A stretch of DNA of 64,000 nucleotides from Oikopleura dioica. Lineage: Eukaryota; Animalia; Chordata. The DNA lies in the NCBI GenBank assembly GCA_907165135.1, contig OU015567.1, positions 10,106,001 to 10,170,000 of the forward strand, read 5' to 3'. Positions 1-12,783 of this stretch are shown one piece after another. The first letter of the stretch is position 1. Every line of letters begins with the position of its first letter. The notes beneath the pieces are model-generated. The model saw only the letters and a program-made list of their open reading frames with translations, was not told the DNA's origin and did no database searches. The position numbers and the translations under genes were made by a program.

Positions 1-3000
1 GTATCGATGGAAGTCGACAGCGGAGCCGAGTCCTCCTGTCTGTCCGCTGCTTACGTTCCCGACGAATTTCTCCAGATGCTGAAGCCCTGTCCCTTCAAGG
101 TCACCGGTTTCAGCCCAAATATTCCCGCCGAGCAGCCGATGGGTATCCTTCCCTGCCGCTTATCATTCAATGGTGGCCCTGCATTCTCCCTGAATCTCAC
201 CATTATGCCAGGCAGTAAATACCCAAGTCTACTGGGCCGCGATATACTAGAGAATGCGATGACGGACAGCTTCACAGTCGACAATAAGAATCGTACTCTC
301 TCATTTTGCTACAACGAAGCCTTCACACAAACTGAGACTCAAGTGGTGAAGCTGGACGGAGTGAAGCGGACCAAAATCAAGAAATACTTGACTACTAGAT
401 CAGCGGTCAAGGATAGCGATCGATCCCGCACTCAACCGCCACCAAAAGTCCCAAAGCTGGACGCACCTAACAAGAACGCAGCCAGGTGCCCCATTCAGCT
501 AGCGAAGCAAAAACTCGGAATTACCCTACCAGCAAACGCCGACCCGGGGCAAAAGAAGGTGGTCGCCGAGCTGTGTTTGGAATTCGACGACAGATTCGGC
601 TGCGACGGTCAAAAAATGGGTGAATTCCCGTTCGAGATCGAAATCCCGACTGATGGTACGAGTCGAAACATCAGTCAACACCCGATTCCGCAAGCTTTTC
701 ATGGTCAGGTCAGCGATCACATCTCCGAACTGCTCGAAACGAAAATAATAGAAGAGATCAAAGACCAGAAAGGGTTTAACAGCCCGGTATTGCCTATTCC
801 TAAGAAATCTGGGGAAATGCGCTTCTGCATCAACTACAAAAACAGCCTGAACAAATGCCTCTCCGACAAATCCGACCCTTACCATCTCCCAAGCATGGAG
901 GATACGATTGCGAACATTGGACCGGGCAATAAGTTTTTCGCCACAGTTGATCTACGAAGTGGATATTGGCAGTGCCCTGTAAAGAAAAGCGACAGGTACA
1001 AGACTTCCTTCCAGTGGGGTGGGAAATCTTACGCCTTCTGCAGACTACCATTCGGTTATCGATGCTCGGGGAATATATTCTCGCGCGTCGTAAACACAAT
1101 TCTCGACTCAAGCCCCACCAGGAAAAAGATGCTTTCTTATATCGATGACATAGTGTGTTTTGGGAAGACTTTCAGCTGCTATTACAACACTCTCCGAAAC
1201 CTATTCATCGCGCTCCGCAAGTTTAACGCTAAACTCAAGGGCGAAAAGTGCTCTTTCCTACAATCCGAAGCTCACTTTTTGGGCCGAATCATCAACGAAG
1301 ATGGAATCAAACCGGACCCTGCGCAAGTCTCCGCTCTTCGTCAGATGAAACCCCCACGCTCCCAAAAGGAGTTAGCTTCATTAATCGGGTCATTGAATTG
1401 GATCCGAGGTTTTCTAGAAACGAAAATGGGCGAAGCTATTTCATCCGGTTGCTTCTCGAGCAGAATGAAGCCCATAAACGATGTTCGAAATTCGGCGAAC
1501 GAAACAAATTGTTTCAAGTGGACCAAAGAAGCGGATTTGGCGCTCAAGGAAATTCAACGACGACTCTCCGAGACTCCAGTCATAAGTTTTCCTAACTTTG
1601 ACGAGTCTTTTCATCTCTACACAGACGCGAGCCTGTACGCAGCGGGTGGCGTCCTGCTACAAGAGTATGGCGGGAGAGTGCACCTAGTAAGCGCGATTTC
1701 CCACACCTTCAACAAAGCTGAAAGAAAATGGAACACTTCAGAAAAGGAAATGTTTAGCATTGTCTGGTGCTGCGAGCGACTGGAAAAGCTCCTGAAAGGT
1801 AGATTCTTTCAGATTCACACAGACCACCGATCTTTGATCTTCCTACACAAAAAGAAGTTCAAGAATTCTAAAATAAGCCGATGGCAAAGCCGATTGGAAG
1901 AATTCGATTTTCACATTGTCTACATCAAGGGATCAGAAAATCAATTCGCCGACTTTATGAGCCGCAGACCTGGCGAGGACGACAAATCACTTGGATACGA
2001 CTCTGAGTTTCCCGTTGGTCGCGAGTACGAAATCGACAAGAATTCACCAGTACGTGTCTTCGTCCCTTTCTGGAACGAAAATCAGTTTCCGGAGAAAATC
2101 ACTTTATCAGAGGTGAAGATACATAAGGTAAACGTCAAGGCTATCGCGGCGCCAATGGAGATTCCGTTGGTGTCAGCGAATTATAATAACATTCTGGACT
2201 ATCAAAGGGAGGACTCTGCTCTGAGTGCAATCATCACTTTTCTGGAATCTGGTAAGGAGCCACTGGACATAAAATCGCTGGTGAAGGACTCCGACCACCG
2301 ACAATCGTCTCTACTCAAGATGGAAAAAGCTCTGTTCCTGGATAACACTACCGGGTGCTTGATGTGTCAATTCAAATCTGGCGCGCGGGCGGTGGTACCG
2401 GAAGCGGTAAAAAGTCACTTTCTCTTTCTAGCTCACGACTTGTCCGGTCATCTGGGCGAGCCGCGGACTTTAGAGCGATTAGAGGACGTTTGGTGGCCTT
2501 CATTTCAAGACGATGTTTCTAACTACGTCCACAGCTGCGTCCCTTGCCTACGCAGAAAAGGATCTGCTGGAACTCGTACCAAACCGCCACTTGGAACCCT
2601 TCGTCGTGGAAAAACAGCTGGCGAATCGATTCAGATCGATTTCGCTTGTATGCCTCCCGCTGGCGGATTCAAGTATTATTTGGTGGTGGCGGACACTTTC
2701 TCTCGCTACACTTGGTGCATTCCGACGCGGTCCGACACTGCTATCTGCGCTGCAAAAGCGCTCATCTACAAGGTCTTCCTTCCCATGGATTTCTTGCCGA
2801 AACATCTACACAGTGACAGAGGTACCCACTTCTGCGCAAGCGTGATTGACGAAATGTGTAAGCTTAACCAGATAAAACATACAATAAGTACCGCATTTCA
2901 CCCTCAATCAAACGCTTTCGCAGAAAGAGCGAATCGGACTATCAAAAACAGTCTATTCTGCATGGTCAACTCATCTTCCGGTCGAAAAACTTGGGCCGAC

Positions 3001-4095
3001 TGCGTTCCCCACGTGATGCGCGCGCTCAATAGTGTGAAAAACAAAAGCACGAAAATTTCACCGCGAGAAGTTTGGTTTGGCCGAAAAAGTACTTTCACCC
3101 ACTCTACTGGCGCAGAAATGACAGCGGAAACACCTCAGGTGTTTGGTCTCAATGTTGGAGCTTTAGCGAAATCGGCGGAAGCCATTGTGAAAACTGCGAT
3201 GGAAGCTGCTGACCGAGCCATGGAGCACAGGCTGAAAAACGAGCCTAAGCCGAGACCAATCCCCGCTGGCGCTGTCGTGTACATTAAGCGAGAAAACCTG
3301 ACCGACGCTAAAAGCAAGAAGGAACGCTGGGTAGGTCCCCTGAAAGCCGTTTCGAGCAACGACTGGGTCGTCATGGTCGAAGATAAAAAAGGACAACGTG
3401 ATTTCATCCATCGAGAACACGTGGTTCACGCCGCAGAACGAAATCACGACTTACGCTGGATTGATTACTACGAGGCCGAGTACGTATTCCCACATTTAAC
3501 CGAAATCGTTAAGTCGAAAGTCCCACAAAAATCGCCTGTTCCTACTTCCAAACCGATGGAAAAGTCCGGGTCGAAGTCGCATGGGGGGAGGAAATCTTCT
3601 CAGGTCGCGTCGACTCCGATGGTTGCTATGGAAAAACCGCCAAGATCATCTCTATCACCTATTTTGGAAAGTAGACGCCGATTGGACATGGAAAATCTGG
3701 GAGATACAACCGCTACATCTATTTTGGACTCGTCGGTAGCTCCAGCCGAGCCGTCAGATCGCTGGTACTCTGGTGGTACTCTTTATGAAACTGCCGAGGA
3801 CATGTCAGCTGATGCTACAGTGATTTCGGAGGTTGCTGCGCCCGACAATAGCCATATGTCAGTCGATAAACAAAATTCAACAGTAGTTGAGGGCTCAGCA
3901 ACTGAAAACAGCAAGAAAAGAACCCGTCCAAAGTCTTCACCAGATCGTCAATACTCAGCCGGCGCCGATCCGAATGCGACTTTAACCGAAGTTGGAGCAG
4001 CTCATCTCCCGAAACATACAAAACGAGCACACCGTGAAACGAGGCCCGTCGAACCTCTAAACATCGGCACAAACTCGGGTCAGTCATACGACTAA
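1..4095 (+). CDS. pol: Ty3/gypsy (Tor-like) pol polyprotein: protease, RT, RNase H, integrase; 5' end lies outside the window
   Basis: 1362-aa ORF, open from the window edge. Motifs: protease VDSGAES; RT DLRSGYWQ, LPFG, YIDD; RNase H YTDAS..SEKE..TDH; integrase HDLSGH..CVPC, IQIDF..SDRG..AERAN. Domain order PR-RT-RH-IN. Confidence 0.97.
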   Translation, partial: VSMEVDSGAESSCLSAAYVPDEFLQMLKPCPFKVTGFSPNIPAEQPMGILPCRLSFNGGPAFSLNLTIMPGSKYPSLLGRDILENAMTDSFTVDNKNRTLSFCYNEAFTQTETQVVKLDGVKRTKIKKYLTTRSAVKDSDRSRTQPPPKVPKLDAPNKNAARCPIQLAKQKLGITLPANADPGQKKVVAELCLEFDDRFGCDGQKMGEFPFEIEIPTDGTSRNISQHPIPQAFHGQVSDHISELLETKIIEEIKDQKGFNSPVLPIPKKSGEMRFCINYKNSLNKCLSDKSDPYHLPSMEDTIANIGPGNKFFATVDLRSGYWQCPVKKSDRYKTSFQWGGKSYAFCRLPFGYRCSGNIFSRVVNTILDSSPTRKKMLSYIDDIVCFGKTFSCYYNTLRNLFIALRKFNAKLKGEKCSFLQSEAHFLGRIINEDGIKPDPAQVSALRQMKPPRSQKELASLIGSLNWIRGFLETKMGEAISSGCFSSRMKPINDVRNSANETNCFKWTKEADLALKEIQRRLSETPVISFPNFDESFHLYTDASLYAAGGVLLQEYGGRVHLVSAISHTFNKAERKWNTSEKEMFSIVWCCERLEKLLKGRFFQIHTDHRSLIFLHKKKFKNSKISRWQSRLEEFDFHIVYIKGSENQFADFMSRRPGEDDKSLGYDSEFPVGREYEIDKNSPVRVFVPFWNENQFPEKITLSEVKIHKVNVKAIAAPMEIPLVSANYNNILDYQREDSALSAIITFLESGKEPLDIKSLVKDSDHRQSSLLKMEKALFLDNTTGCLMCQFKSGARAVVPEAVKSHFLFLAHDLSGHLGEPRTLERLEDVWWPSFQDDVSNYVHSCVPCLRRKGSAGTRTKPPLGTLRRGKTAGESIQIDFACMPPAGGFKYYLVVADTFSRYTWCIPTRSDTAICAAKALIYKVFLPMDFLPKHLHSDRGTHFCASVIDEMCKLNQIKHTISTAFHPQSNAFAERANRTIKNSLFCMVNSSSGRKTWADCVPHVMRALNSVKNKSTKISPREVWFGRKSTFTHSTGAEMTAETPQVFGLNVGALAKSAEAIVKTAMEAADRAMEHRLKNEPKPRPIPAGAVVYIKRENLTDAKSKKERWVGPLKAVSSNDWVVMVEDKKGQRDFIHREHVVHAAERNHDLRWIDYYEAEYVFPHLTEIVKSKVPQKSPVPTSKPMEKSGSKSHGGRKSSQVASTPMVAMEKPPRSSLSPILESRRRLDMENLGDTTATSILDSSVAPAEPSDRWYSGGTLYETAEDMSADATVISEVAAPDNSHMSVDKQNSTVVEGSATENSKKRTRPKSSPDRQYSAGADPNATLTEVGAAHLPKHTKRAHRETRPVEPLNIGTNSGQSYD

Positions 4096-4398
4096 GCGCA
4101 AGTACTGCCCCACTCAGGTCCCCTATTCATCGACCGGGGCCTGAAAAGGTACGGAAATTATCACAGTTTACCGTCGCCGACGTATTTTGAGTTCTTCTAC
4201 ATGTGCAGCTACTCCTTCATGTCATCACCGCTCGGACATCACGAAAACTTCGCATCTGATTCAAGCTTTTTCCCAAAAAAGGGTTTTTTAACGCGAATCA
4301 GACTGCCTCGACGTTTCGAACCTGCCATGTTACTCATCTTACGCTTATACTCCTGCAAAAATCACACACTTTGGCCTTAGAGGACGTTTCAGTCTCAT

Positions 4399-5646
<1,248 letters not shown>

Positions 5647-5859
5647 ACAAAAGTCTAGTCAGACCTCTAGTCGCGTCCACGTGATTAACAGTGGACACTG
5701 ACAGTAGTAATACAATTATTTATTCCTGATTCATTCGATTTCTCGTTGATTTATCCAACTTCCCGATTTGAAAATATTCTGTTCTTCAAAAAAGCTTTCA
5801 GCAAAAAAAGATGTTCCGATATTTTTCTAAGCAAAAAAAGTTGAGAGTTGAATCTTAGA

Positions 5860-7439
5860 ATGACCGACAACGTGGACGACTTTTTTAACCGAAAGGAAAA
5901 AAAGAGAACGAAGAAGACGAAAAAGACGAAAGTCGTCACCGCAGAGGATATATTTAAGGGTGAAGAGTTGGGACGCGACGAGAAATCTAAAAACTCTAAC
6001 GCGCATAATGTAAGTAACATTTGTCACTTCAGGAAACACTACTGAAGAAAATACAACATCTGGTCTTAAGGAAGAGAAAGAGGATGAGTGGATTGAGGCC
6101 GCCGGGGAGCAGGAGTTCGTCTTTGACTCTGTCGGTGGGATGAAACGACTCGAGCTGGAAGAAAGAGTAAGCATGCGCGTCATACGTAAAAGTTTATTTA
6201 ATGCTTGAAGTTATTAAGATTCTTATTAATCTTTCAACCCCATTTACACCTTTTTTAGCAGCCTAGCGAGGAGGTAAGGCGTCGTAGTTACAGTCAATTA
6301 TCTGTCAATTACGAGTCAACAAGACAAAATCAATTTGATTCCTCATTTATCAAGCTTTATTTAATTACATTTAGTGCATGCTCTCGATTTCTCATTTATC
6401 CATGAATTATTTTTTTCCACGGAGTTACTTATTCTATTTTATAAACTGTTACAGTATAATCCAATTCCGGGAGAATACATACTTCATTCCTTACAGATTT
6501 CTGTCGCAACACTTTCGATTCCATCAAAGTAATGCTTCAAAATCGATATCTGTTACGACGTTAATATAAAAACGAATAGTAAATGGGTAACTACGTGACA
6601 CTATTTTACCCCGCCGTCGTGAATCCCAGCTTATTTTAAATCCATTCAGGGGCCACAGTCAGAAGGAGAAGGGGAGAGATCGGACGATGAAAACGCCGAG
6701 AGCGGCTGGAAAACTACTGGAAACGAAGTGCAGTCGAACAACGTTGGACTCCCCGGAGACAACAAGGACAACGCGGATGAAGAAGCAGACTCGAATGAGG
6801 AAAAAGCGAGTCCGGTATGAATCTTTATCGCTATTAGACACTCTAATTGTTTTTCTGCTCCTTATCGTGCGCGGCAGTCTTGCTTCTCACGCGTCGCGAA
6901 TTCACTCGCTTTCTTTCAGGCTGAATCTAGCGCCAACCAGCCGAAGAAATACGTTCCTCCCTCGCAAAGACAAGCCGCTCCTGTCAGCCGTGGACCACCC
7001 GCGTAAGTTAAAAACAAACCTTTTTCTAATAACGACGCATACGTTCATCTGAAGAAATTGAGAGTTTTTCAATTTGAGTCAAGTCTACTCGCTTCCATCT
7101 TTAATTCATGGACCATGAACTTTATTTCTTCCTAATAGAGCTTCTAGCCAAAGCTCGATAAGTAACACTAACCTGATATTCAGCTCTGGCTTCCCCGGTC
7201 GGAGGAACAGAGATATCAACGTTGATTCCGTGGCTGAGTTCCCTACTCTTGGTGCTTCTGTAGAAACGGTCAGTCAGATTTTCCTTTGAAATCAAGGAAG
7301 AGAACGTTTAAAATTTCAGACGCCCGAAGGTTTCGAACAAGTGAACATGAGAAAAGGCGGCGCCGCCTGGTCGAGTGGCGGAGGATCTCAGAACTCCTCA
7401 ACGGGAATCCAAAACCGTTTCCAACTTTTCCAAAACTAA
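5860..7439 (+). CDS. CDV3: CDV3 homolog, multi-exon
   Basis: Conserved CDV3-like blocks in order: DDFFNRKEKK, EDEW, KKYVPPSQR, DSVAEFPTL, C-terminal NRFQLF. The exon 1 donor is uncertain. Confidence 0.75.
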
Positions 7440-8285
7440 CAGCTGCCCCGTTCCAGAGTTTGTTTTTGGAAAGGTATTACTAGCGAAAAGTTATTCATAG
7501 AAAGTCTACCGTGTCTACCTACCATCAGTCTGATCAAAAGTCAAAAATCTCTCGCGGTCTATTCTTAAACAAACGTTGTCGTAAAAAACATATTATATAT
7601 AATTTTTTTTCATTTCTCGTATTCTGACAAATGATGATCCGCACGTTTATTTATTACTATCTGCCAATATAAGATTATCGCAGTCCAATCGGGTTGGGAT
7701 GATTCTTTCATTCATTGTAACCTGTTACTTCTCAAATTATAGTTCACTCGTCGCCTCGGGGGGAATCAAAACCTCCTCGAGGCGCTAATTACAAGTCAAT
7801 TTGCCCCAATTAGCCCCATACTAACAACCATCAATCGTACCCTTAAATTCTACCAATTTGTGCTGCTTTCCCTTGTCGGCCAATAAGAAGTCGCCTTTCG
7901 CGCGAATCTTATTGGCTCTTTTTTTAAAGGCTTTCTTTCTCTTTGTAAATCAGTCTTTTGATACAGTTAGTGTTGTCCTTTTTTATATAATTAATTTTTA
8001 AAAGCTAATTATCCCGTCATACTATTATGTATTAACTGTGCCGAATTTTGTTAAAAAACAGCTAACCTTACTTTTTCAAAAACCCGGCGGCCCAAAAACG
8101 ACCATCTAAGAATAAAAACGTTTCATCGCGAAATCGTTTGAACGGAACACAAAATGAAAAAGTCACAAGCGTTACTGTAGCTAACTGTTCAAAATTGACA
8201 GCATGTAATTTTAAGACAATTGACTTGCGGACGCTGCTTTTGAAGAGAAAATACAAAAAACAGATACACAAAAGAATTAAGGACG

Positions 8286-9230
8286 CATGTCAAGCTATGA
8301 CCAGCGCAATGTAAGTTGGACTTAACCCAGTAGGCCCCCTTAATACTTTCCGCTGTTAGCAATACGAGGGACAATACCTGATTCAAAACTCGGCTCCTTC
8401 CGCCCGTTCCAAAGCGAAGCCGATCGCCGTCCCAATCGTCTCTGTCCGCAAAACTGACAATGTAAGTCAACACTGTAACTGAAAACTAGTGGATCCCCAC
8501 GGAGGGGGTTACGCGACCCTTACGATCAGACTTCCCGAACTAGATTTCTATTTTTGATCGACCGACTAGTCGTACGAACTTGACCGAAAGTCGCAGAGAC
8601 GAGTTCATAAGTTCAGACGGTTTAATCAGCAATTTTAGTAGATAATTTTCTTAGAATTTTAATAATTGATGTGGTCTCTAGAATACAATCGGGAATGGAT
8701 TTTATTTATCGTTCCCAATAAAGCAATCATCATTGCTGAACACTGTCTTTTTCGCAATTCCATGTCCAGAAATGGATATGACGACTGCCAGTTAAATTTT
8801 GTCCAAGGCCTGCCCGTCAAGTACTGCCATGAATCGGGAGATTTACTGATCGGAGATCCTCTTCTTTCAGTTTTACCTGATTCGTTCGTGACTCGCCCGA
8901 CGAGTCCGATCGGCTCATTTCGCAAGAAATCAATCAAGAAAGATCGGAGGCACAAAGATGATAAAAGATTTAAAAACTTTGTAAGTAAAAAGTAACTGGG
9001 GTGGTCTACTTTCCTAATTTTCTATAGAAGAGAAGAAGAAATCTATTCTTCCCCTGGGAAAGATCTTCCTCCAATTTTACGGTAGATATATTTATGGCCG
9101 CGAATCAGAAGAATTATCTGCCAATTAGTCTTCGGAATATCGTCATTTTTCCTTTCCTTTCTTTTTTCTTCCGAGCGTTGGCAGTGACCCAACATCAGCT
9201 TTTTCAGAAGCGCGGCGCTGGACGCACCCG
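8286..9230 (+). CDS. Possible multi-exon gene of unknown function
   Basis: GTAAGT donors at ~8310, ~8462 and 8981, and a 109-aa ORF at 8666-8995. I could not join the pieces into one frame and recognised no domain. Confidence 0.2.
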
Positions 9231-10266
9231 TAAAAAATACACAAAATAGAGATAGGGAGGGAGAAAATTGACTACCTCGGCGATTTTTCGTACATCCGGT
9301 GCTCTGATAATTTGCTGGTAATTGTGTTTTGGGTCGGAGAATTCGGAGTCAGTAATACTGCAATGCTGTATTCGAATACAGAAAGGATCAATGGGAATAT
9401 ACAAAATGGAATCACAGCGCGCCATATTCTCTGATATCGATTTTACGCAATATTAGCTGGGGCTATTACTGTAGTTTTCCCGCCTTTGTATATTCCCATG
9501 GTTTCATACTCATTCAGTGGCTTTTTTGCTTGTCAAAAAGGGATTGCCCGCGATTATCCCATCTTTCAACCCAGCATGATAGAGCTTTATAACAATATAT
9601 ATACCACGTGTCTTCCCTGATTCCAAAAATCCAAAATTTTCGAAAAAAATATGACTGAATTCTGTTTTTATCCAGAGCTCAAGTTTTCGGCAAATTTCTA
9701 CTATCAGGTACTGTCTACTATGGACACGTATTCATACAGATTTAAAGCCAATTAAAAGCTTTAATCTGTAGACATTGTGCTGTCTATCTAAATGTTCACG
9801 ACATGAGTGTCGAGAGACATTACTGCAGACGGCTACTGCTATGTCCTATGACGAATTTTCATTGAATTTTTTGACCACCAGAGTCAAATAAAAGAGAAAC
9901 AATTCGCGTCCATGAGCTTTTCCAATTTTCGCATACCCTTTGTCTTCAAGGTACACTTTCACAGTCAGATTGAAAATCGACTGTTTCTGACGTAATCTTT
10001 AGCCTAGATCATCGTGTCTTGAAGGAGTAGCGTGACACTTGTCCTACACAAGCCGAGAGCGGCGCTACCACACCACTCTTCAGTGAGCTACTAGCCCAAC
10101 CACGAGGCGCCAACAAGCAACTCCGCTCTTTTTGAATTCACTTCTGAGGAACTAAACCTATCATGCCATGCAAATAATGAGGCGGAAGTCAGAATTTCGA
10201 TTGAGTTTTTTATTTTCAATTTTCAATTTTCAATTTTTTTTTGTAAACAGATAAATAATGGGTAGT

Positions 10267-11985
10267 TTACAGGTCAGGAAGAATAAGAGGAGGAAAGAAC
10301 AGATTGTGAAGTGGATCTCCCAGCTGCAAAGTCAACTTCAAAATATTTTTTTCAACGAAATCTTTTGGCGAATTGAAAATGATAGTTATTATTTGGAAAA
10401 TTCGATCATACTTGATCTTGATTTCTTCTTTTCGAATATTAAACTCTTCATTCTCAACTGCCAAATTATTTCGAAATTTAAAATTGTAGAGATTATCAGT
10501 TGACTTCGCGATAGAATTCGCGCCATGATTAAATAGAGCTTTAAGCTTAGAATTGAGCGACTCTGAGACATTATTCGTAATATTAAATTCTTTTGAGCAG
10601 ATATTTCCGTAATAGTTCCAACCACTGAAAGAATCTCTCTTTACGTAATAAGTCTCAAAGTATTTTATAAACTTATTGAATCCTGGTCGCAATTTTTTAG
10701 AGGAAATGGTTTTAACATGGTCTTTGATAGCAACAAGAAAAACTGGCAGAAATTCAGGGTTCAAGTAAGAAAGACCCTTAAATACAGTAAAAATTTCACG
10801 AACTTCTGGGTTGTCAGCAGGAGCAAACTTAGTGTATTCTTTAAATTTCTTTTTATAATTATTGAAAAGATGAAAGGCACATTGTGTGACAGTTGCATTG
10901 AAATAATCCTCAATAGAAGATTTAAGTGGAGGTTCAAAATCACTGAGAAAGAATGGAATCTCGAGCTCTCGATTGTATCGCATTTGAAACTTGTCTTTTA
11001 TAATACAGAAAAGACGATCATAGCTTTCTTTTGTTCTTTTTTTCATGTATGCGAAAATAACCGGAAACGCTCGGAACTTGTCAGGATCATTTTTACAAGG
11101 CAAGAGAACACTCAGAACATAAAGCTGTAAATAATCGAGTTTTTTTGTTGGTTCCCAAGTTCCATCGCCAAATACAGGGCGAAACTCTGGAAATCCGTAT
11201 TTCTCTCGAGAATTGTTATCTAATAAATCAAGCTCATGTTCCAAAAAAAGTAAAATCAAATCCTCATTTTCAATGTGACAAAACTGGACTTTCACATCCT
11301 TTTTGAGCTCATGATCGTAAATTGGCATTGTTTTTACTTTTTCTGGAACTCGATCTTTTGCGTTTTCTGGAGTTGAGCGATGTATAATCTGGCGCGCAAC
11401 CTGGGCTTGCTTTTTCTCCGAAAAACCGACTTCATTTGCAAGTCTCCAACTGGAAATGCTCTTATTGAGATCATTTCCATCAAAAATTGATTTTGATTGA
11501 TCACGGTGAGAATTCAGTGCCACTTGTTTATTCACTGATTTCATTTTTTGCTGGAGAATAGCAAGGGGCTTCGGATTTTCAGTGCAAGTATGATTATCTA
11601 CAGCTTCAATAACCTCATAATAAGAAAGGTTGAATTTGTCAGAGAATGAAAAATTGAAATCATAAACTGTTCTTTTTACCATTTTTTTTCCAAGTTTATT
11701 TTCTCGCTCGTATTCGTATTTCTTTGATGTGATCAGATTCGGATTCAGGACTTTGATCTTCGCCTGGGCCTTGTATTTCGATTTTCGGCAGGAGAAGACT
11801 GTAGTTGTTGCTGTGTTTGCTCGTTTGTAGGTCATTTTGTATCTCTTTGATTCATCTCCGTACTGGAACCAGAGGGCGATTCCACTTTCTCGGTCACTTT
11901 TCGTCGCTTCTATAATCTCTCCTTTTTCTTGACTTCCTCTGAGTCTCGCAGAGTCAAGTTTTTCTAGTTCTTCCTCAAAATTCAT
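10267..11985 (-). CDS. MULE transposase, 572 aa, intronless
   Basis: FGDGTW (D1), LSDFE (D2), CAFH (CxxH) and TNNVSESLN (E). N-terminal C..HxC segment. Confidence 0.92.
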   Translation of the reverse strand: MNFEEELEKLDSARLRGSQEKGEIIEATKSDRESGIALWFQYGDESKRYKMTYKRANTATTTVFSCRKSKYKAQAKIKVLNPNLITSKKYEYERENKLGKKMVKRTVYDFNFSFSDKFNLSYYEVIEAVDNHTCTENPKPLAILQQKMKSVNKQVALNSHRDQSKSIFDGNDLNKSISSWRLANEVGFSEKKQAQVARQIIHRSTPENAKDRVPEKVKTMPIYDHELKKDVKVQFCHIENEDLILLFLEHELDLLDNNSREKYGFPEFRPVFGDGTWEPTKKLDYLQLYVLSVLLPCKNDPDKFRAFPVIFAYMKKRTKESYDRLFCIIKDKFQMRYNRELEIPFFLSDFEPPLKSSIEDYFNATVTQCAFHLFNNYKKKFKEYTKFAPADNPEVREIFTVFKGLSYLNPEFLPVFLVAIKDHVKTISSKKLRPGFNKFIKYFETYYVKRDSFSGWNYYGNICSKEFNITNNVSESLNSKLKALFNHGANSIAKSTDNLYNFKFRNNLAVENEEFNIRKEEIKIKYDRIFQIITIIFNSPKDFVEKNILKLTLQLGDPLHNLFFPPLILPDL

Positions 11986-12250
11986 TTTTTTGAAATGAGC
12001 AAAATGAAAATTTCAGTCCGCTTATATGGTGGTCAAACTGCCAAGCATTCTATTTTTAGACATGAATGTCCCTGTATCGAGCAACAAGAAAGTCGGCAAA
12101 AAAGGTGACAGATCTCACGGTCCATCCGGATGAGTTGTCAATTCGATTGAATTCGCGTCTCCATCTTCACTCGATTTGAAAGTTCAGCTTCGACAAAATC
12201 AATCGCTCCTTCATAATATCAGGGAAAAGTACAAAATCTAATTGCCCCTT

Positions 12251-12419
12251 ACCACGGGGCTTCGCCCCTTAGGTCCTAAAATGCCGGGGTCTAGTCTAGG
12301 GTTACTTAGGGTTACCTTCGGTAACCCTAACTAACCCTAGCCTATCCCCCTCGGGTAAGTTTGTTCCGTCATTTTTGCAGGTGCCCCCTAACCCTAACCT
12401 CAAATTATAGAAAGTACTT
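12251..12419. mobile_element. 169-bp interspersed element with TTAGGG/CCCTAA motifs and a terminal GC hairpin (Helitron/Helentron-like?), copy 1
   Basis: Near-identical to 36979-37147. GGGGC-TTC-GCCCC hairpin at one end. Confidence 0.8.
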
Positions 12420-12783
12420 GAAACTATAAGTTATTGTTTTTTGGAAATAAGTACATCAGAAAGTAAAGCCAAGAAGATTCGGCAAATTTGAGAGATTTGA
12501 AGCGGGCCCGCTTAGCCTCAGTGGCGCCCACTTCATAGGGCTAGTAGCTTGCTGAAGAGAAGTGTGGTAGCGCCGCTCTCGGCTTGTGTAGGACAAATGT
12601 CACAGCTCCCGTCTTGAAGCCAGTATATAATATCGTATTGACCGAAATTGAAAACTTCGGAAAAAACGTCTCTGTACCCGAACTCGATCTTTTAATTTCC
12701 AGCTCGACTGTTGATTCACAATAGGAAAAAACCTCGTTCATTTACTCGCGACAGCTTTATTTTTTCATGAAAGATTTTCTACA

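Larger units (their letters stand above)
10025..12610 (-). mobile_element. Complete Mutator-like (MULE) DNA transposon
   Basis: Imperfect ~73-bp TIRs at 10025-10097 and 12538-12610. Perfect 9-bp TSD GTCTTGAAG at 10016-10024 and 12611-12619. Encloses a transposase ORF. Confidence 0.9.

Noticed and set aside
51-4087. Many short ORFs overlapping pol on both strands
   Set aside because: Shadow frames of the long ORF with no independent motifs.
4201-4380. 59-aa ORF between pol and the PPT as a possible env remnant
   Set aside because: No signal peptide, furin site or convincing TM segment.
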